A stretch of 64,000 bases of DNA from Nitrospinota bacterium (GTDB taxonomy: Bacteria > UBA8248): the NCBI GenBank assembly GCA_036231405.1, contig JAZAHK010000028.1, forward strand, positions 575 to 64,574, read 5' to 3'. Each line of letters begins with the position of its first letter. Within the stretch, counting starts at the first letter, position 1. The position numbers were made by a program, and so were the translations under genes. Positions 52,206 to 61,860 of the stretch are shown here, in pieces. A model generated the notes under the pieces. It saw only the letters and a list, made by a program, of their open reading frames with translations, was not told the origin of the DNA and did not search any database.

Positions 52206-52862
52206 ATGGCATTAATTGAACTCATTTTACCAGAGAACGCCCAAGGGGAACAGAAGAAAACTTATGAGATTTTAGAGCATATTCGTGCAAAACATGTATT
52301 TTCGCAGATGGCAAGTGTAAATTCTCCATTCTTGTCTCGGATTATTTCTGCATTAGTTTATTCCTTGCGTGAAGGTATGGGGACTATCCTTCCTTCTAAG
52401 ATCAAACAAATGGCGATAATTAAGACTAGTCAAATTAATACTTGTGACTATTGACTTAATCATAATACTGCTCTCGGAAGAGCAACTGGGATAACTGATG
52501 AAGAGGCAGAAGTTGTTTTTTCTGAAGAATATTTAGATTCCGAAATTCTTACTGATCGAGAGAAGGCAGCAGTTCTTTGGGCGGAACATGTCACCCGAAA
52601 CACAGCAAAACTTCGTCCAGAAATACAAGAAGAGGTAAAGAAACATTTTGCAGATCAGGAACTATTTGAACTTACTTTTATAATTAGTTACTTTAATTTT
52701 AGAAATCGCCTACATGATTCATTACTATTGCCTTTAGATGGAGAAGACACTTTGCAAGACAATGTTGGTTTCCTTAAATTTGACCCTGGTAGTATGAAGA
52801 ACTATCTTCAGGCTGTAGTTGATAATTGGCCAGATGAATTTCCAAAACCTAATGTGAACTGA
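52206..52862 (+). CDS. AhpD/carboxymuconolactone-decarboxylase-family protein with in-frame TGA at the catalytic Cys position. Candidate selenoprotein (CxxU). Paralog of 49292..49918.
   Basis: The track ORF 52206..52454 ends ...INTCDY at TGA 52452..52454. The frame continues LNHNTALGRATGITDEEAEVV...DREKAAVLWAEHVTRNTA...KPNVN* to the stop at 52860..52862. It aligns column for column with the other paralog across the TGA. Confidence 0.7.
52469..52484 (+). promoter_or_regulatory. hairpin 14 nt downstream of in-frame UGA. Candidate SECIS element.
   Basis: tgctct cgga agagca, a 6-bp stem with a 4-nt loop. Confidence 0.3.
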
Positions 52863-52870
52863 GGAATTTC

Positions 52871-53929
52871 ATGTTTGATAATATTGCCGTTTTTGGTACT
52901 GGAGCCATAGGGAGTAGTACAGCTGCGGATCTTACTGACGCGGGGTATAACGTGACGATCGTGGATCAGTGGCCCGCACATGTTGAGGCAATGAAAAAAG
53001 GTGGTCTGCACATCCAAATGCCAGATCTTGATTTAAAGGTTAAGGTTAAAGCATTGCACATTTGTGAGCTTGCTTCGGAAAAGCCAGAATTTGATCTTAT
53101 TATTCTGGCAGTTAAATCTTTTGATACCCGTTGGATGGCTGAACTAATGTTCCCCTATTTGAGTGAGAATGGAGTGCTAGTTGGTTTGCAAAATAGTATG
53201 AATGAAGTAGAGATAACCTGCGATATCATTGGAAGGGAAAGAATAGTCGGAGCCTGTATCGAACTTTCTGGTGAGTTATTTACTCCTGGTTTTGTTCAGA
53301 GAAATACGCCAAGAACGGGCACTTGGTTTGCGGTTGGGGAACTTAATGGGAGTATTACCCCCCGACTTCAAGAAATTCAAAAAATCCTTAGTCATGTTGC
53401 AAAAGTAGAAATATCTGAAAATATCCTTGGTACAAAATGGACGAAGCTAATAATCAACTCTATGAGTATGGGTCCTTGGGGTTTGATTGGTTTATTAAAT
53501 CGTGAGGTGATGCAGTTGCCTGGCATGTTTGATTTGGCAGTTGATCTCGGAATGGAAACAGTTGCAGTGGGGACTGCGCTGGGCCTAAATGTAGAACCGG
53601 TGTTTGGATTAAGGGAAGACGATTTTACTGGAGACGAGGATAAAATGTTACTGAATGCTTTGAAAACGATGACTGGTCATACAGGTCCAAGAGCTCGTAC
53701 TGCACCGATTCACGATCATTTAAAGGACCGAAAAAATGAAATAGAGTTTATTAATGGACTCGTTTCACGTAAGGGGAAAGAGCTCGGAGTTCCTACTCCA
53801 TTTAATGATGTGATAAGTGAGCTAGCAAGGGAAATTAATCAAGGCAATCTAATTATGGATCCTTCAAACTATAATCTCATTAAGAAAAAATTGTCAGATA
53901 ACGGACTGAATGTCGACTATATGAAATGA
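52871..53929 (+). CDS. 2-dehydropantoate 2-reductase (ApbA/PanE) family oxidoreductase
   Basis: IAVFGTGAIGSSTAADL N-terminal Rossmann. ApbA_C-like C-terminus. Confidence 0.75.
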   Translation: MFDNIAVFGTGAIGSSTAADLTDAGYNVTIVDQWPAHVEAMKKGGLHIQMPDLDLKVKVKALHICELASEKPEFDLIILAVKSFDTRWMAELMFPYLSENGVLVGLQNSMNEVEITCDIIGRERIVGACIELSGELFTPGFVQRNTPRTGTWFAVGELNGSITPRLQEIQKILSHVAKVEISENILGTKWTKLIINSMSMGPWGLIGLLNREVMQLPGMFDLAVDLGMETVAVGTALGLNVEPVFGLREDDFTGDEDKMLLNALKTMTGHTGPRARTAPIHDHLKDRKNEIEFINGLVSRKGKELGVPTPFNDVISELAREINQGNLIMDPSNYNLIKKKLSDNGLNVDYMK

Positions 53930-53966
53930 TACATTTCTTAATTTTGAGCGAGAGTGAAGTTACATT

Positions 53967-54845
53967 ATGAGTAGAATAGCAATACTCGGAGTTGGTGCTA
54001 TAGGGAGTATCTATGGAGCAAGATTATATGAACTTGGAAAGCACGAAGTCGTTCTATGTGTGAGAAAAACATTTAAAAAATTTAAGATTGAAACTCCTTC
54101 TCGAGTTATAGAGACTCCGGTGCATTGTGTAACACTCCCCGAAACAGTAAGTTCGGTTGATTGGATCATTCTTGCTGTAAAGTGTCATCAAGTAGAATCT
54201 GTAGAGCCTTGGTTTAAGAATCTTGTTGGACCGAAGACGATTGTTGCCGTGTTGCAAAATGGAGTAGAGCATCTTGAGAATACAGAGCCTTTTGTTTGCG
54301 GTGCGGAGATTCTACCTGTCATTGTCCAATGTCCTGCAGATAGGCTTTCTCCAGGTCATGTTGTGCAAAACGCAATGTCGAGATTGGTTGTGCCTGATAA
54401 TGAATCAGGCCAAGTACTCTCGTCGCTTTATGAAGGAAGTGATATTGATGTAGAACTTACTTCTGATTTCACAACTGCAATGTGGAAAAAACTGTGTGGA
54501 AATATTGCCAGAAATCCTGCTACTGCTTTAACCAATCGAGGAAGAGGAGTTGTAAAAGATTCTGAGGTGTCAAAAGTTTGTCAAACTCTGGTAGGTGAAT
54601 GTGCAGAGGTTGGAAGAGCAGAAGGAGCCATTCTTTCTGATGATTTTCTTGAAAATGTGGTTTCTAACCAATCAGGTATCGAAGAAAATGCAACTACTTC
54701 CATGCTTGTTGATGTTCGTGCGGGTTTACCTCTTGAGTCTGAAGGAATGACAGGTGCTGTCATAAGGGCTGGTGTTAAACATGGTATCCCAACACCAACA
54801 ACTTGTGTCATACATTCTTTGCTGTCTGCTATCAATAGAGAATAA
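53967..54845 (+). CDS. ketopantoate reductase (ApbA/PanE) family oxidoreductase, second paralog
   Basis: IAILGVGAIGSIYGARL. Tandem to the first KPR-like gene. Confidence 0.7.
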   Translation: MSRIAILGVGAIGSIYGARLYELGKHEVVLCVRKTFKKFKIETPSRVIETPVHCVTLPETVSSVDWIILAVKCHQVESVEPWFKNLVGPKTIVAVLQNGVEHLENTEPFVCGAEILPVIVQCPADRLSPGHVVQNAMSRLVVPDNESGQVLSSLYEGSDIDVELTSDFTTAMWKKLCGNIARNPATALTNRGRGVVKDSEVSKVCQTLVGECAEVGRAEGAILSDDFLENVVSNQSGIEENATTSMLVDVRAGLPLESEGMTGAVIRAGVKHGIPTPTTCVIHSLLSAINRE

Positions 54846-54937
54846 ATATTTTCAAACAAAATAGTAACTCACGTTAGTGTAATTTGCTGTTTTTGATTTT
54901 TTATATAAATTTTTTTCTTTAAAAAATAATAGGAGAT

Positions 54938-56119
54938 ATGAATATGAGCGTTCAAAAAGTGAAACCGTCAGAATCTAGGAACGTTCGAAGAATTGGGCAT
55001 AGTGAAATTGATGGTTGGGGTGATGCTTTTCAGGTCATCGTACGAGAGAATAAATGGTGTTACGTTGCTGCATCTGGTATGGAAGGGCACGAAGGGACAA
55101 GCGTATTAAACGTTGAAGATCCTGCAAATCCCGTAGTAGTGAATCAAATACAAGCCCCTGAGGGGACACATTCGCATAAAGTTTTATTTTTAGATGACGT
55201 TATGATAGTTAATGCTGAACAAATTCGTGGTTGGGAAGGAGAAGGTTTTGTTGGTGGGATACGTTTATTTGATGCTTCAGTTCCTGCAAATCCAAAATTT
55301 ATCAAAGATTTTCCAATGTATGGTAGAGGAACTCATAGACCTGTCCTTGATGAGGAAAACCGTCTTTTATATTGTTCTTGTGGTGCAGAAGGATACCGCG
55401 GAAATATTCTTTGGATTCTAGATATTGATGATCCTGCTAATCCTAAAGTCGTCAGCCAGTTTGCCTTAGAGGGTCAAAGGGAAGATATTCCATTACCTCC
55501 GGGAGTGCATACCCTCCAAGTACATCAGGCTAATCGACGAGGAGATTTTCTATATCTTGGTTGTGCTGATTGGGGAATCGTTGTTCTTGATGTGAAGGAT
55601 ACTTCTAACCCAAAGCAGATTGCTCATTTCAATCCAACACCACCGTATCCAGGGCATTGTCATACGGTTTTTCCTGTTCCGGAGACTGATTATCTTGTAG
55701 TTACTCATGAATCTACATCGTTTGATGTATCTGAAGCTCCAGGATTTATTTTTATCTATGATGCACAATTACCGAGTAATCCAGTGCCTATTTCTACTTG
55801 GATGCCTTATCCAGTTGATCATAGACTGTATCCTAAGGAAGGAGATTGGACGACGCGTGGAGGTCGTTATGGAGCGCACAATATTTGGGAATTTATGGGT
55901 CCCAAAGATTTCGTGTATACGACATGGTTTAACGGTGGTCTTCGTATTGTGGATATCTCCGATCCTTTCAGACCAGAGGAAGTAGGATATTATATTCCAG
56001 AAGGTCGTAATGGAAAACCTACACCACAAAGTAATGATGTTTTTGTTGATGGTCGAAATCTAATATATGTTACCGATCGATGGGGTTGCGGTTTGGATAT
56101 TCTCGAATATACAGGTTAG
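54938..56119 (+). CDS. LVIVD-repeat beta-propeller protein
   Basis: Repeated hydrophobic-rich motifs (YVAASG, IMIVNAE, GIVVLDVKD, LRIVDISDP, LIYVTDRWGCGLDILEY) are characteristic of LVIVD repeats. Confidence 0.6.
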   Translation: MNMSVQKVKPSESRNVRRIGHSEIDGWGDAFQVIVRENKWCYVAASGMEGHEGTSVLNVEDPANPVVVNQIQAPEGTHSHKVLFLDDVMIVNAEQIRGWEGEGFVGGIRLFDASVPANPKFIKDFPMYGRGTHRPVLDEENRLLYCSCGAEGYRGNILWILDIDDPANPKVVSQFALEGQREDIPLPPGVHTLQVHQANRRGDFLYLGCADWGIVVLDVKDTSNPKQIAHFNPTPPYPGHCHTVFPVPETDYLVVTHESTSFDVSEAPGFIFIYDAQLPSNPVPISTWMPYPVDHRLYPKEGDWTTRGGRYGAHNIWEFMGPKDFVYTTWFNGGLRIVDISDPFRPEEVGYYIPEGRNGKPTPQSNDVFVDGRNLIYVTDRWGCGLDILEYTG

Positions 56120-56254
56120 TGCTAACTGAACTCAAAACTTAAGGTACTCCAGAGTGTTCATAATTTGAGGTTTTCACATAATTAGATAAACCGGGATGTC
56201 CTAAGACTAATTTTTTTAAATTCTAAATCAGACGATTTTAGGGGAGGGTATATA

Positions 56255-56782
56255 ATGTCACTCGAAGTAGAAAGTAATCAGGTTGACTACTATAAAGCAG
56301 GAGATGGTCGAATTATTGCAATTCATATTAAGGGAGACTTTAACGATCACTCAAAGTTCCCTCCTTATCTTGACTCTGAAGAAGCTAAAGAACACATCCG
56401 AACTGCTTATGCTGGTCAAAATATCGAAGAAGAACGTAATACCAAGGCACATATGACAGAAGATGAACTTCCTCTTCAGATCATTCTACTCGATAGACCT
56501 AAAGGAGCAATAACAAAGGCCCATTACCATATTGTTGAAGAACGTCCTACTATAAATACGACACGTCATCAAATACTTCTTTGTCAACGTGGTAAAGTTC
56601 GTGTAGGTATTTTCACGAAAGAAGGTGATGAAGTTGGAGAGGTTATATTACAACGTGATGATCTCATACTGATGTATGAGGGACATGAAGTTGAATTTTT
56701 AGAAGATAATACGAAAGTTATAGAAATCAAAGAGGGACCGTTCCCCGAGACAGATGAGCGTGACAAGGTCGATCTTAAATAA
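56255..56782 (+). CDS. hypothetical protein (possible cupin-like fold)
   Basis: 175 aa. The family is not recognised with confidence. Contains AHYHIVEERP...GHEVEFLEDN. Confidence 0.4.
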   Translation: MSLEVESNQVDYYKAGDGRIIAIHIKGDFNDHSKFPPYLDSEEAKEHIRTAYAGQNIEEERNTKAHMTEDELPLQIILLDRPKGAITKAHYHIVEERPTINTTRHQILLCQRGKVRVGIFTKEGDEVGEVILQRDDLILMYEGHEVEFLEDNTKVIEIKEGPFPETDERDKVDLK

Positions 56783-56808
56783 TTTCTGTAAATTAAAATG
56801 AGGGCAGA

Positions 56809-57816
56809 ATGAAACTGATTACATTTGAAGTGAAAACCCCCGTGGGACCTTTTAAACGTCTTGGCGCAGTTTTAAACAATGAAACTTTTTTGGATCTAAA
56901 CTTTGCAATGGCTGCAAAGTTGGCTGATGAAAATTCATCTCGCCCGCGTGAAATGGCAGATGCAATTATTCCTTCAGAGATGACCGATTTCGCTGCTGGA
57001 GGTGTGAATTCGATTGAAACTGCTGAGGAAGTACTGGAATTTATAAGTAAAAAACCTGAAATTGAGGGCCCTAACGAAGAAAAACTTATTTATCATCCTA
57101 ATGAGATAAAACTCCTTGCCCCAATAGAGAGACCTCCGATTATTCGAGGATTTGCTGGTTTTGAACGTCACCTAAAGGCAACATTTGAGAAAATGGGTCT
57201 CCAAATTCCGGATACTTGGTATGAAAGGCCACTTTGTTTTAAATCAAGTTGTGCACATATGGCTAGTGTAGGTGACACTATACCTTGGCCAAGTTATACG
57301 GAGAAAATGGATTTTGAACTTGAGTTTTGCGCTGTAGTAGGAAAACCTGGAAGGGATATTTCTGAAGATAAGGCGAGTGAGCATATATTAGGTTACGCAA
57401 TTTTAAATGATTGGAGTGCACGTGATGCGCAAACTGGTGAAATGGCGATGGGAACAGGTCCTTATAAGGGGAAGGATTGGTGCTGGAGTTTTGGCCCATG
57501 GATCGTAACTCCAGATGAACTAGGAAATCCTTCGAAAATTCCTATGGCTGCTCGGGTAAATGGAGAAACTTGGATCGAAGCGACCCCAGGGGAAATGTAC
57601 TGGACGTTTGAACAGATGCTTTCTTATACCTCGCGGGATGAAAATATGTTGACTGGAGATCTTCTTGGATCAGGTACAGTTCCAGGCGGTTGCGGGATGG
57701 AGATTGAACGATGGATTCAACCGGGCGATTTTGTTGAAATCGACATGGGTCCACTTGGGGTGTTATCGAACAAAATCGGAGAGAAAGGGGAAAGGAAACC
57801 TTTTACGTATAAATAA
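56809..57816 (+). CDS. fumarylacetoacetate hydrolase (FAH) family protein
   Basis: FELEFCAVVGKPGRDI ... ILNDWSARDAQ ... GDLLGSGT pattern of the FAH/HpcE fold. Confidence 0.75.
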   Translation: MKLITFEVKTPVGPFKRLGAVLNNETFLDLNFAMAAKLADENSSRPREMADAIIPSEMTDFAAGGVNSIETAEEVLEFISKKPEIEGPNEEKLIYHPNEIKLLAPIERPPIIRGFAGFERHLKATFEKMGLQIPDTWYERPLCFKSSCAHMASVGDTIPWPSYTEKMDFELEFCAVVGKPGRDISEDKASEHILGYAILNDWSARDAQTGEMAMGTGPYKGKDWCWSFGPWIVTPDELGNPSKIPMAARVNGETWIEATPGEMYWTFEQMLSYTSRDENMLTGDLLGSGTVPGGCGMEIERWIQPGDFVEIDMGPLGVLSNKIGEKGERKPFTYK

Positions 57817-57880
57817 ATTTATTTTTTTTGAGGAGAAATAAAAGATAGATCCTTTAACGCAGGGGGTAATAGGTGCGGCA

Positions 57881-58846
57881 TTGCCGCAATCCTTTTCCAA
57901 GAAAAAATTTGTGAGTGTTGCTGGTCTTTTCGGATTTTTTTCTGGTATCGTCGCAGATCTTGATATGTTTATTAGATCAACTGACGATCCTCTCCTGTAT
58001 CTAGAATTTCATCGGCAATTTACCCATTCGTTAATATTTATTCCTATCGGGGGGGTAATTTGTTCAGTTTTTTTCTTCTTGATTTTAGGAAAACGTTGGG
58101 AAATCTCTTTTAAACAGAGTGTTCTTTTTTGTACCTTAGGTTATGCAACCCATCCCTTATTAGATGCTTGTACTAGTTATGGCACCATGTTGTTATGGCC
58201 ATTTAGTTACGAAAGAATATCATGGGACAATATATCAATTATTGATCCCCTGTTTACAATTCCAATTCTAATTTTGATTTTAATTGCTGGATTTAAGAAG
58301 AAACAAATATTTGCGCGTATTGCTTTAACATGGGTAATTCTTTATTTGACGTTAGGTATCGTCTTCAGGAATTCTGTAATCGAAATAGGAAAAGAAATTG
58401 CCGTTAGTCGTGGACATACTCCTTTACGCTTAAAAGCAGAGCCTAGTTTTGGGAATATTTTCCTTTGGAAAATTATTTACGAGAATTCTGGAATGTACTA
58501 TGTTGATGCTGTGCGGACAGTACCTTCTTTCAAAATACTTTCAGGGGAATCAATTCAAAAATTAAATATTGCATCAAGTTTTCCTTGGTTAGATATGGAT
58601 TCTCAGCAGGCTAAAGACATAGAGCGTTTCAGATGGTTTAGCAATGATTATTTAGCACAGGACAAAGTTCACAAGAATAGAATAATTGATATTCGTTTTT
58701 CGAAGATTCCTAACAGGATTACTCCACTATGGTCAATTGAATTGTTTGAAAATGCAAGTTTTGACAAACATGTAATTTACAACAGGCATCGAAATCTATC
58801 AGATAATAGGTTCAGTTTGCTCTGGGAGATGTTGTGGAGCAAGTGA
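57881..58846 (+). CDS. membrane-bound metal-dependent hydrolase (YdjM/DUF457-like)
   Basis: Hydrophobic. His-rich motifs (FHRQFTHS, HPLLD). The annotated start is TTG. The conserved-looking N-terminal sequence DPLTQGVIGAA is encoded upstream with no canonical start codon. Confidence 0.55.
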   Translation: MPQSFSKKKFVSVAGLFGFFSGIVADLDMFIRSTDDPLLYLEFHRQFTHSLIFIPIGGVICSVFFFLILGKRWEISFKQSVLFCTLGYATHPLLDACTSYGTMLLWPFSYERISWDNISIIDPLFTIPILILILIAGFKKKQIFARIALTWVILYLTLGIVFRNSVIEIGKEIAVSRGHTPLRLKAEPSFGNIFLWKIIYENSGMYYVDAVRTVPSFKILSGESIQKLNIASSFPWLDMDSQQAKDIERFRWFSNDYLAQDKVHKNRIIDIRFSKIPNRITPLWSIELFENASFDKHVIYNRHRNLSDNRFSLLWEMLWSK

Positions 58847-58903
58847 AAATCTTTAGCCAAGAACTCTAGATGTAGAGTAACTCATCTCTTTGAAAGGAGA
58901 TTA

Positions 58904-60133
58904 TTGATGGAATGTCCAAATTATTTTTGGCCATGGTTTTCAGATGAAGAATATAAGAGGCGATACGCTCTCGTTCGGCGTGGGATGGAAGAGGAAGGTA
59001 TAGATTGTCTTCTAGTTTATGGAGTGAGTAGGGGAATGGGGATGGAGCCCGGTCAGACGAATCTGGTTTACTTAACTAGCGTTGCTTCCTGGAGCCAGAC
59101 ATACCTTGTTTTTCCGTTACACGGAGAACCTACTATGTTTATTATGAGTGCGAATCAAGTCAAGAACATCCGAGATAATTCAGTGATAAAAGATGTTCGT
59201 CCTGGAGGAACATTTACTCGGACTGGTGGAATGGGCGGTTCTGCGGGACCGGTAGCCGAACGTCTTAAGGAACTTGGGCTCAAAAATAAATGTATAGGAA
59301 TTGTTGGAGATTCAGGGTGGTTGAATATTAATTTGCCACATGAGGCTCATGTTTTGATAACAAGTGCGCTTCCTACTACGGAGTTTGAAGTTGTTACGAA
59401 GTGGTACGAAAATCTTCGCCTTCAGAAAAGTGAGGAAGAAATTGAACGTATGCGCCAATCTGCAGCCGTTACTGACGCAGTTTACGAAGTAATGGTAGAG
59501 GCTACAAAACCTGGAGTTCGTCCTTGCGATCTGTACAAGTTAATGGGAATTACAGCAATGCAAATGGACGCTAGGCTGACTCTCGGACATGTAGGTCGAA
59601 CGCCAATGAGTTCTCCTGATATGGATTACCCTCATTATTATCCTCTCACTACACCAATTGAGAAGGATGATGTGGTGATGACGGAAGTTTCGGCTGGCAT
59701 AGGAGGGTACTATGGAAAAATATGGGGTACATTTTTTATGGGAGAACCAACTCCTGAATATGAAACACTTTTTAATTTAGCAGTTAAGACGAGTCACGAT
59801 CTTCACGCAGCCATAAGGCCTGGTGTTCGGGTCGGTGATCTTACATCGATTTGTTTAGATGATACTCAGAATGCCGGATACAAGGCGAAGACCAGTATCA
59901 CTGGTTGGTCTACTTGGAATGAACCTCCTGATGTTCGAGGTGCAGGAGATAGCGTAACCGATTCGGATTTTATCTTTCGTAAAAATACGTGTCTTAGCGT
60001 TACCGGTTGGCCCTCAAACAAAGATGAGTCGATGGGTGTTTGGTTAGGGGATGTTTGCCTTGTGACTGAAAACGGTGCTGAGAACCTTCAAAAATATCCA
60101 ATACGTGAATTACACATAGTAAAACGTGTTTGA
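58904..60133 (+). CDS. M24-family metallopeptidase (creatinase/Xaa-Pro aminopeptidase-like)
   Basis: Creatinase_N-like N-terminus plus a pita-bread fold C-terminus (VVMTEVSAGIGGYYGKIWGTFFMGEP). Confidence 0.7.
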   Translation: MMECPNYFWPWFSDEEYKRRYALVRRGMEEEGIDCLLVYGVSRGMGMEPGQTNLVYLTSVASWSQTYLVFPLHGEPTMFIMSANQVKNIRDNSVIKDVRPGGTFTRTGGMGGSAGPVAERLKELGLKNKCIGIVGDSGWLNINLPHEAHVLITSALPTTEFEVVTKWYENLRLQKSEEEIERMRQSAAVTDAVYEVMVEATKPGVRPCDLYKLMGITAMQMDARLTLGHVGRTPMSSPDMDYPHYYPLTTPIEKDDVVMTEVSAGIGGYYGKIWGTFFMGEPTPEYETLFNLAVKTSHDLHAAIRPGVRVGDLTSICLDDTQNAGYKAKTSITGWSTWNEPPDVRGAGDSVTDSDFIFRKNTCLSVTGWPSNKDESMGVWLGDVCLVTENGAENLQKYPIRELHIVKRV

Positions 60134-60286
60134 ATGTGCTTCATTTTTTGTTTCAGTGAAGAATCTCAGAGTTTTTTATGTGTCTATGATGATAAATATC
60201 ATAGACCTTGATGCCATTTTTGAGATGATATTGACTTTTTGTTTTGTACAATTTAGGTGATTTTTAAATTTATGAAGGAGGGGATT

Positions 60287-61090
60287 ATGCGTCTTGAGGG
60301 AAAGACTGCGATTATTACGGGTGGAGGTGGTGATATTGGAAAAGGAATTGCAAGATGTTTTGCAAAAGAAGGAGCCCGTTTATTACTCGTGGATCTGAAA
60401 GAAGAGGCCGCGCAAAAGGCGGCAGAGGAAACTTCCTCGCTAGGAATAGAAGCGATCGCTATGGCGGCGGATTTAACGAAAGAAAATGAGGTGGAAAAGG
60501 TGTTTAGTGAGGCCGTTGGGAGACTAAAAAGTGTGGATGTTCTTGTCAACGCTCATGGAAGGGCTTCGCGAATGTTTGCCAATCCTCTTGAGCGTCTCAC
60601 TCTCGAAGAGTGGAACGACATGATGGCGGTTAACCTCACTAGTGTGTTTCTCATGACGCGTGCTGTCGTTGGACACATGCGGGAGCGCAAGAGCGGAAAG
60701 ATTATTAATCTGGCTTCTTTAGCCGGACGTCGCGCGAATGAAAATTTACCTCACTATAGCGCCTCAAAAGCAGCCCTTATTTCTTTTACTCAATCTATCG
60801 CCAAGGAGATGGCCCCCCATAACGTGAACGTGAACGCTATCAATCCTGGGTTTCTTTTTTCGCCAATATGGGAGTTTGGGCATGGCGTGCTTATGTCGAC
60901 TCAAAAAGAGGAATGGAAAGATCTTTCATCGAGAGAGATATACGACCAAATCGTTAAGTCGCTTGCCCCGTTAGGTCACGACCAGACTCCTGAAGAAATT
61001 GGTATGCTTGCTGTGTATCTCGGGTGTGATGAGTCCAAGAGTATGACTGGCCAATCGATAAGTCTCGACGGTGGTGTTTGGATGCTCTAA
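60287..61090 (+). CDS. SDR-family oxidoreductase
   Basis: ITGGGGDIGKGIA motif. YSASKAAL catalytic YxxxK. Start set at the ATG at 60287 behind an AGGAGGGG RBS. The track ORF begins at 60257. Confidence 0.85.
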   Translation: MRLEGKTAIITGGGGDIGKGIARCFAKEGARLLLVDLKEEAAQKAAEETSSLGIEAIAMAADLTKENEVEKVFSEAVGRLKSVDVLVNAHGRASRMFANPLERLTLEEWNDMMAVNLTSVFLMTRAVVGHMRERKSGKIINLASLAGRRANENLPHYSASKAALISFTQSIAKEMAPHNVNVNAINPGFLFSPIWEFGHGVLMSTQKEEWKDLSSREIYDQIVKSLAPLGHDQTPEEIGMLAVYLGCDESKSMTGQSISLDGGVWML

Positions 61091-61265
61091 CAATTCATGA
61101 ATTGATTGATTTTAACTCTGTGTTCCTTTGTGATCTTGCCACTATTGTTATGGTATGTGATGTAGGGTTTCAATTAAAATCGGTTTCCGATTTAGATCGA
61201 CATGAATTTCCTGCTTTATACTCATGAAAAAGTCATCGAGGAAAACTAAGTTGTTAATCGTATTT

Positions 61266-61652
61266 TCAGTCAATTGCGGCGATAGCTTCGACCTCTACTA
61301 GATATTCTTGACGAGCCAGCCGGCTAACTATAAGCAGAGTACTTGCAGGAACTACTCCATCCAAAATTTGCTTTTGTATTGTCCGATGTGCTTCGATATA
61401 ATCAGGGCTAGTCAAGAAAACAGCTATCTTTGCGAGATTTTCAAAGTTCATCCCACATTCTTTCAAAATTGTTTTGATGTTTTGATAGACTAATGTTACC
61501 TGCTCTTCAATTCCTTCTCCGATGGTACCATCAGGAGCTGTTCCGGTTTGCCCAGCCAAGTGAAACAATCGTGCATTAGATCCAATCTCTCCAATATGGC
61601 TGTAACGACCACCTGGAGAATGCACATTTTGAACATCATATCTCTTTACCAT
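61266..61652 (-). CDS. RidA/YjgF/TdcF family reactive-intermediate deaminase
   Basis: 128 aa. ...AGQTG...PDYIEA... the chorismate-mutase-like fold signature of the RidA family. Confidence 0.8.
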   Translation of the reverse strand: MVKRYDVQNVHSPGGRYSHIGEIGSNARLFHLAGQTGTAPDGTIGEGIEEQVTLVYQNIKTILKECGMNFENLAKIAVFLTSPDYIEAHRTIQKQILDGVVPASTLLIVSRLARQEYLVEVEAIAAID

Positions 61653-61860
61653 TTCGAATCACCTCCCTGTTAAAAGGAAAAATTTGATATTGCGCTACTA
61701 TTTTACACTACAAATACTTTCCCAACACTCGCAACAAAAATGTCACAATCAAAAAGCTTTTCATAGCATCTTAATTTTGATTATTTGGTGAAATGGATTA
61801 TCATATAACAAACACACACTTCTTTCTTTTATAAACCTTATAAACTTAGAAAGGTAAAAG

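Noticed and set aside
60231-60262. Apparent sigma70 promoter (TTGACT ... TACAAT) upstream of the 60287 SDR gene
   Set aside because: The spacer between the hexamers is only 10 nt, and alternative pairings give 21 nt. This is not a convincing promoter.
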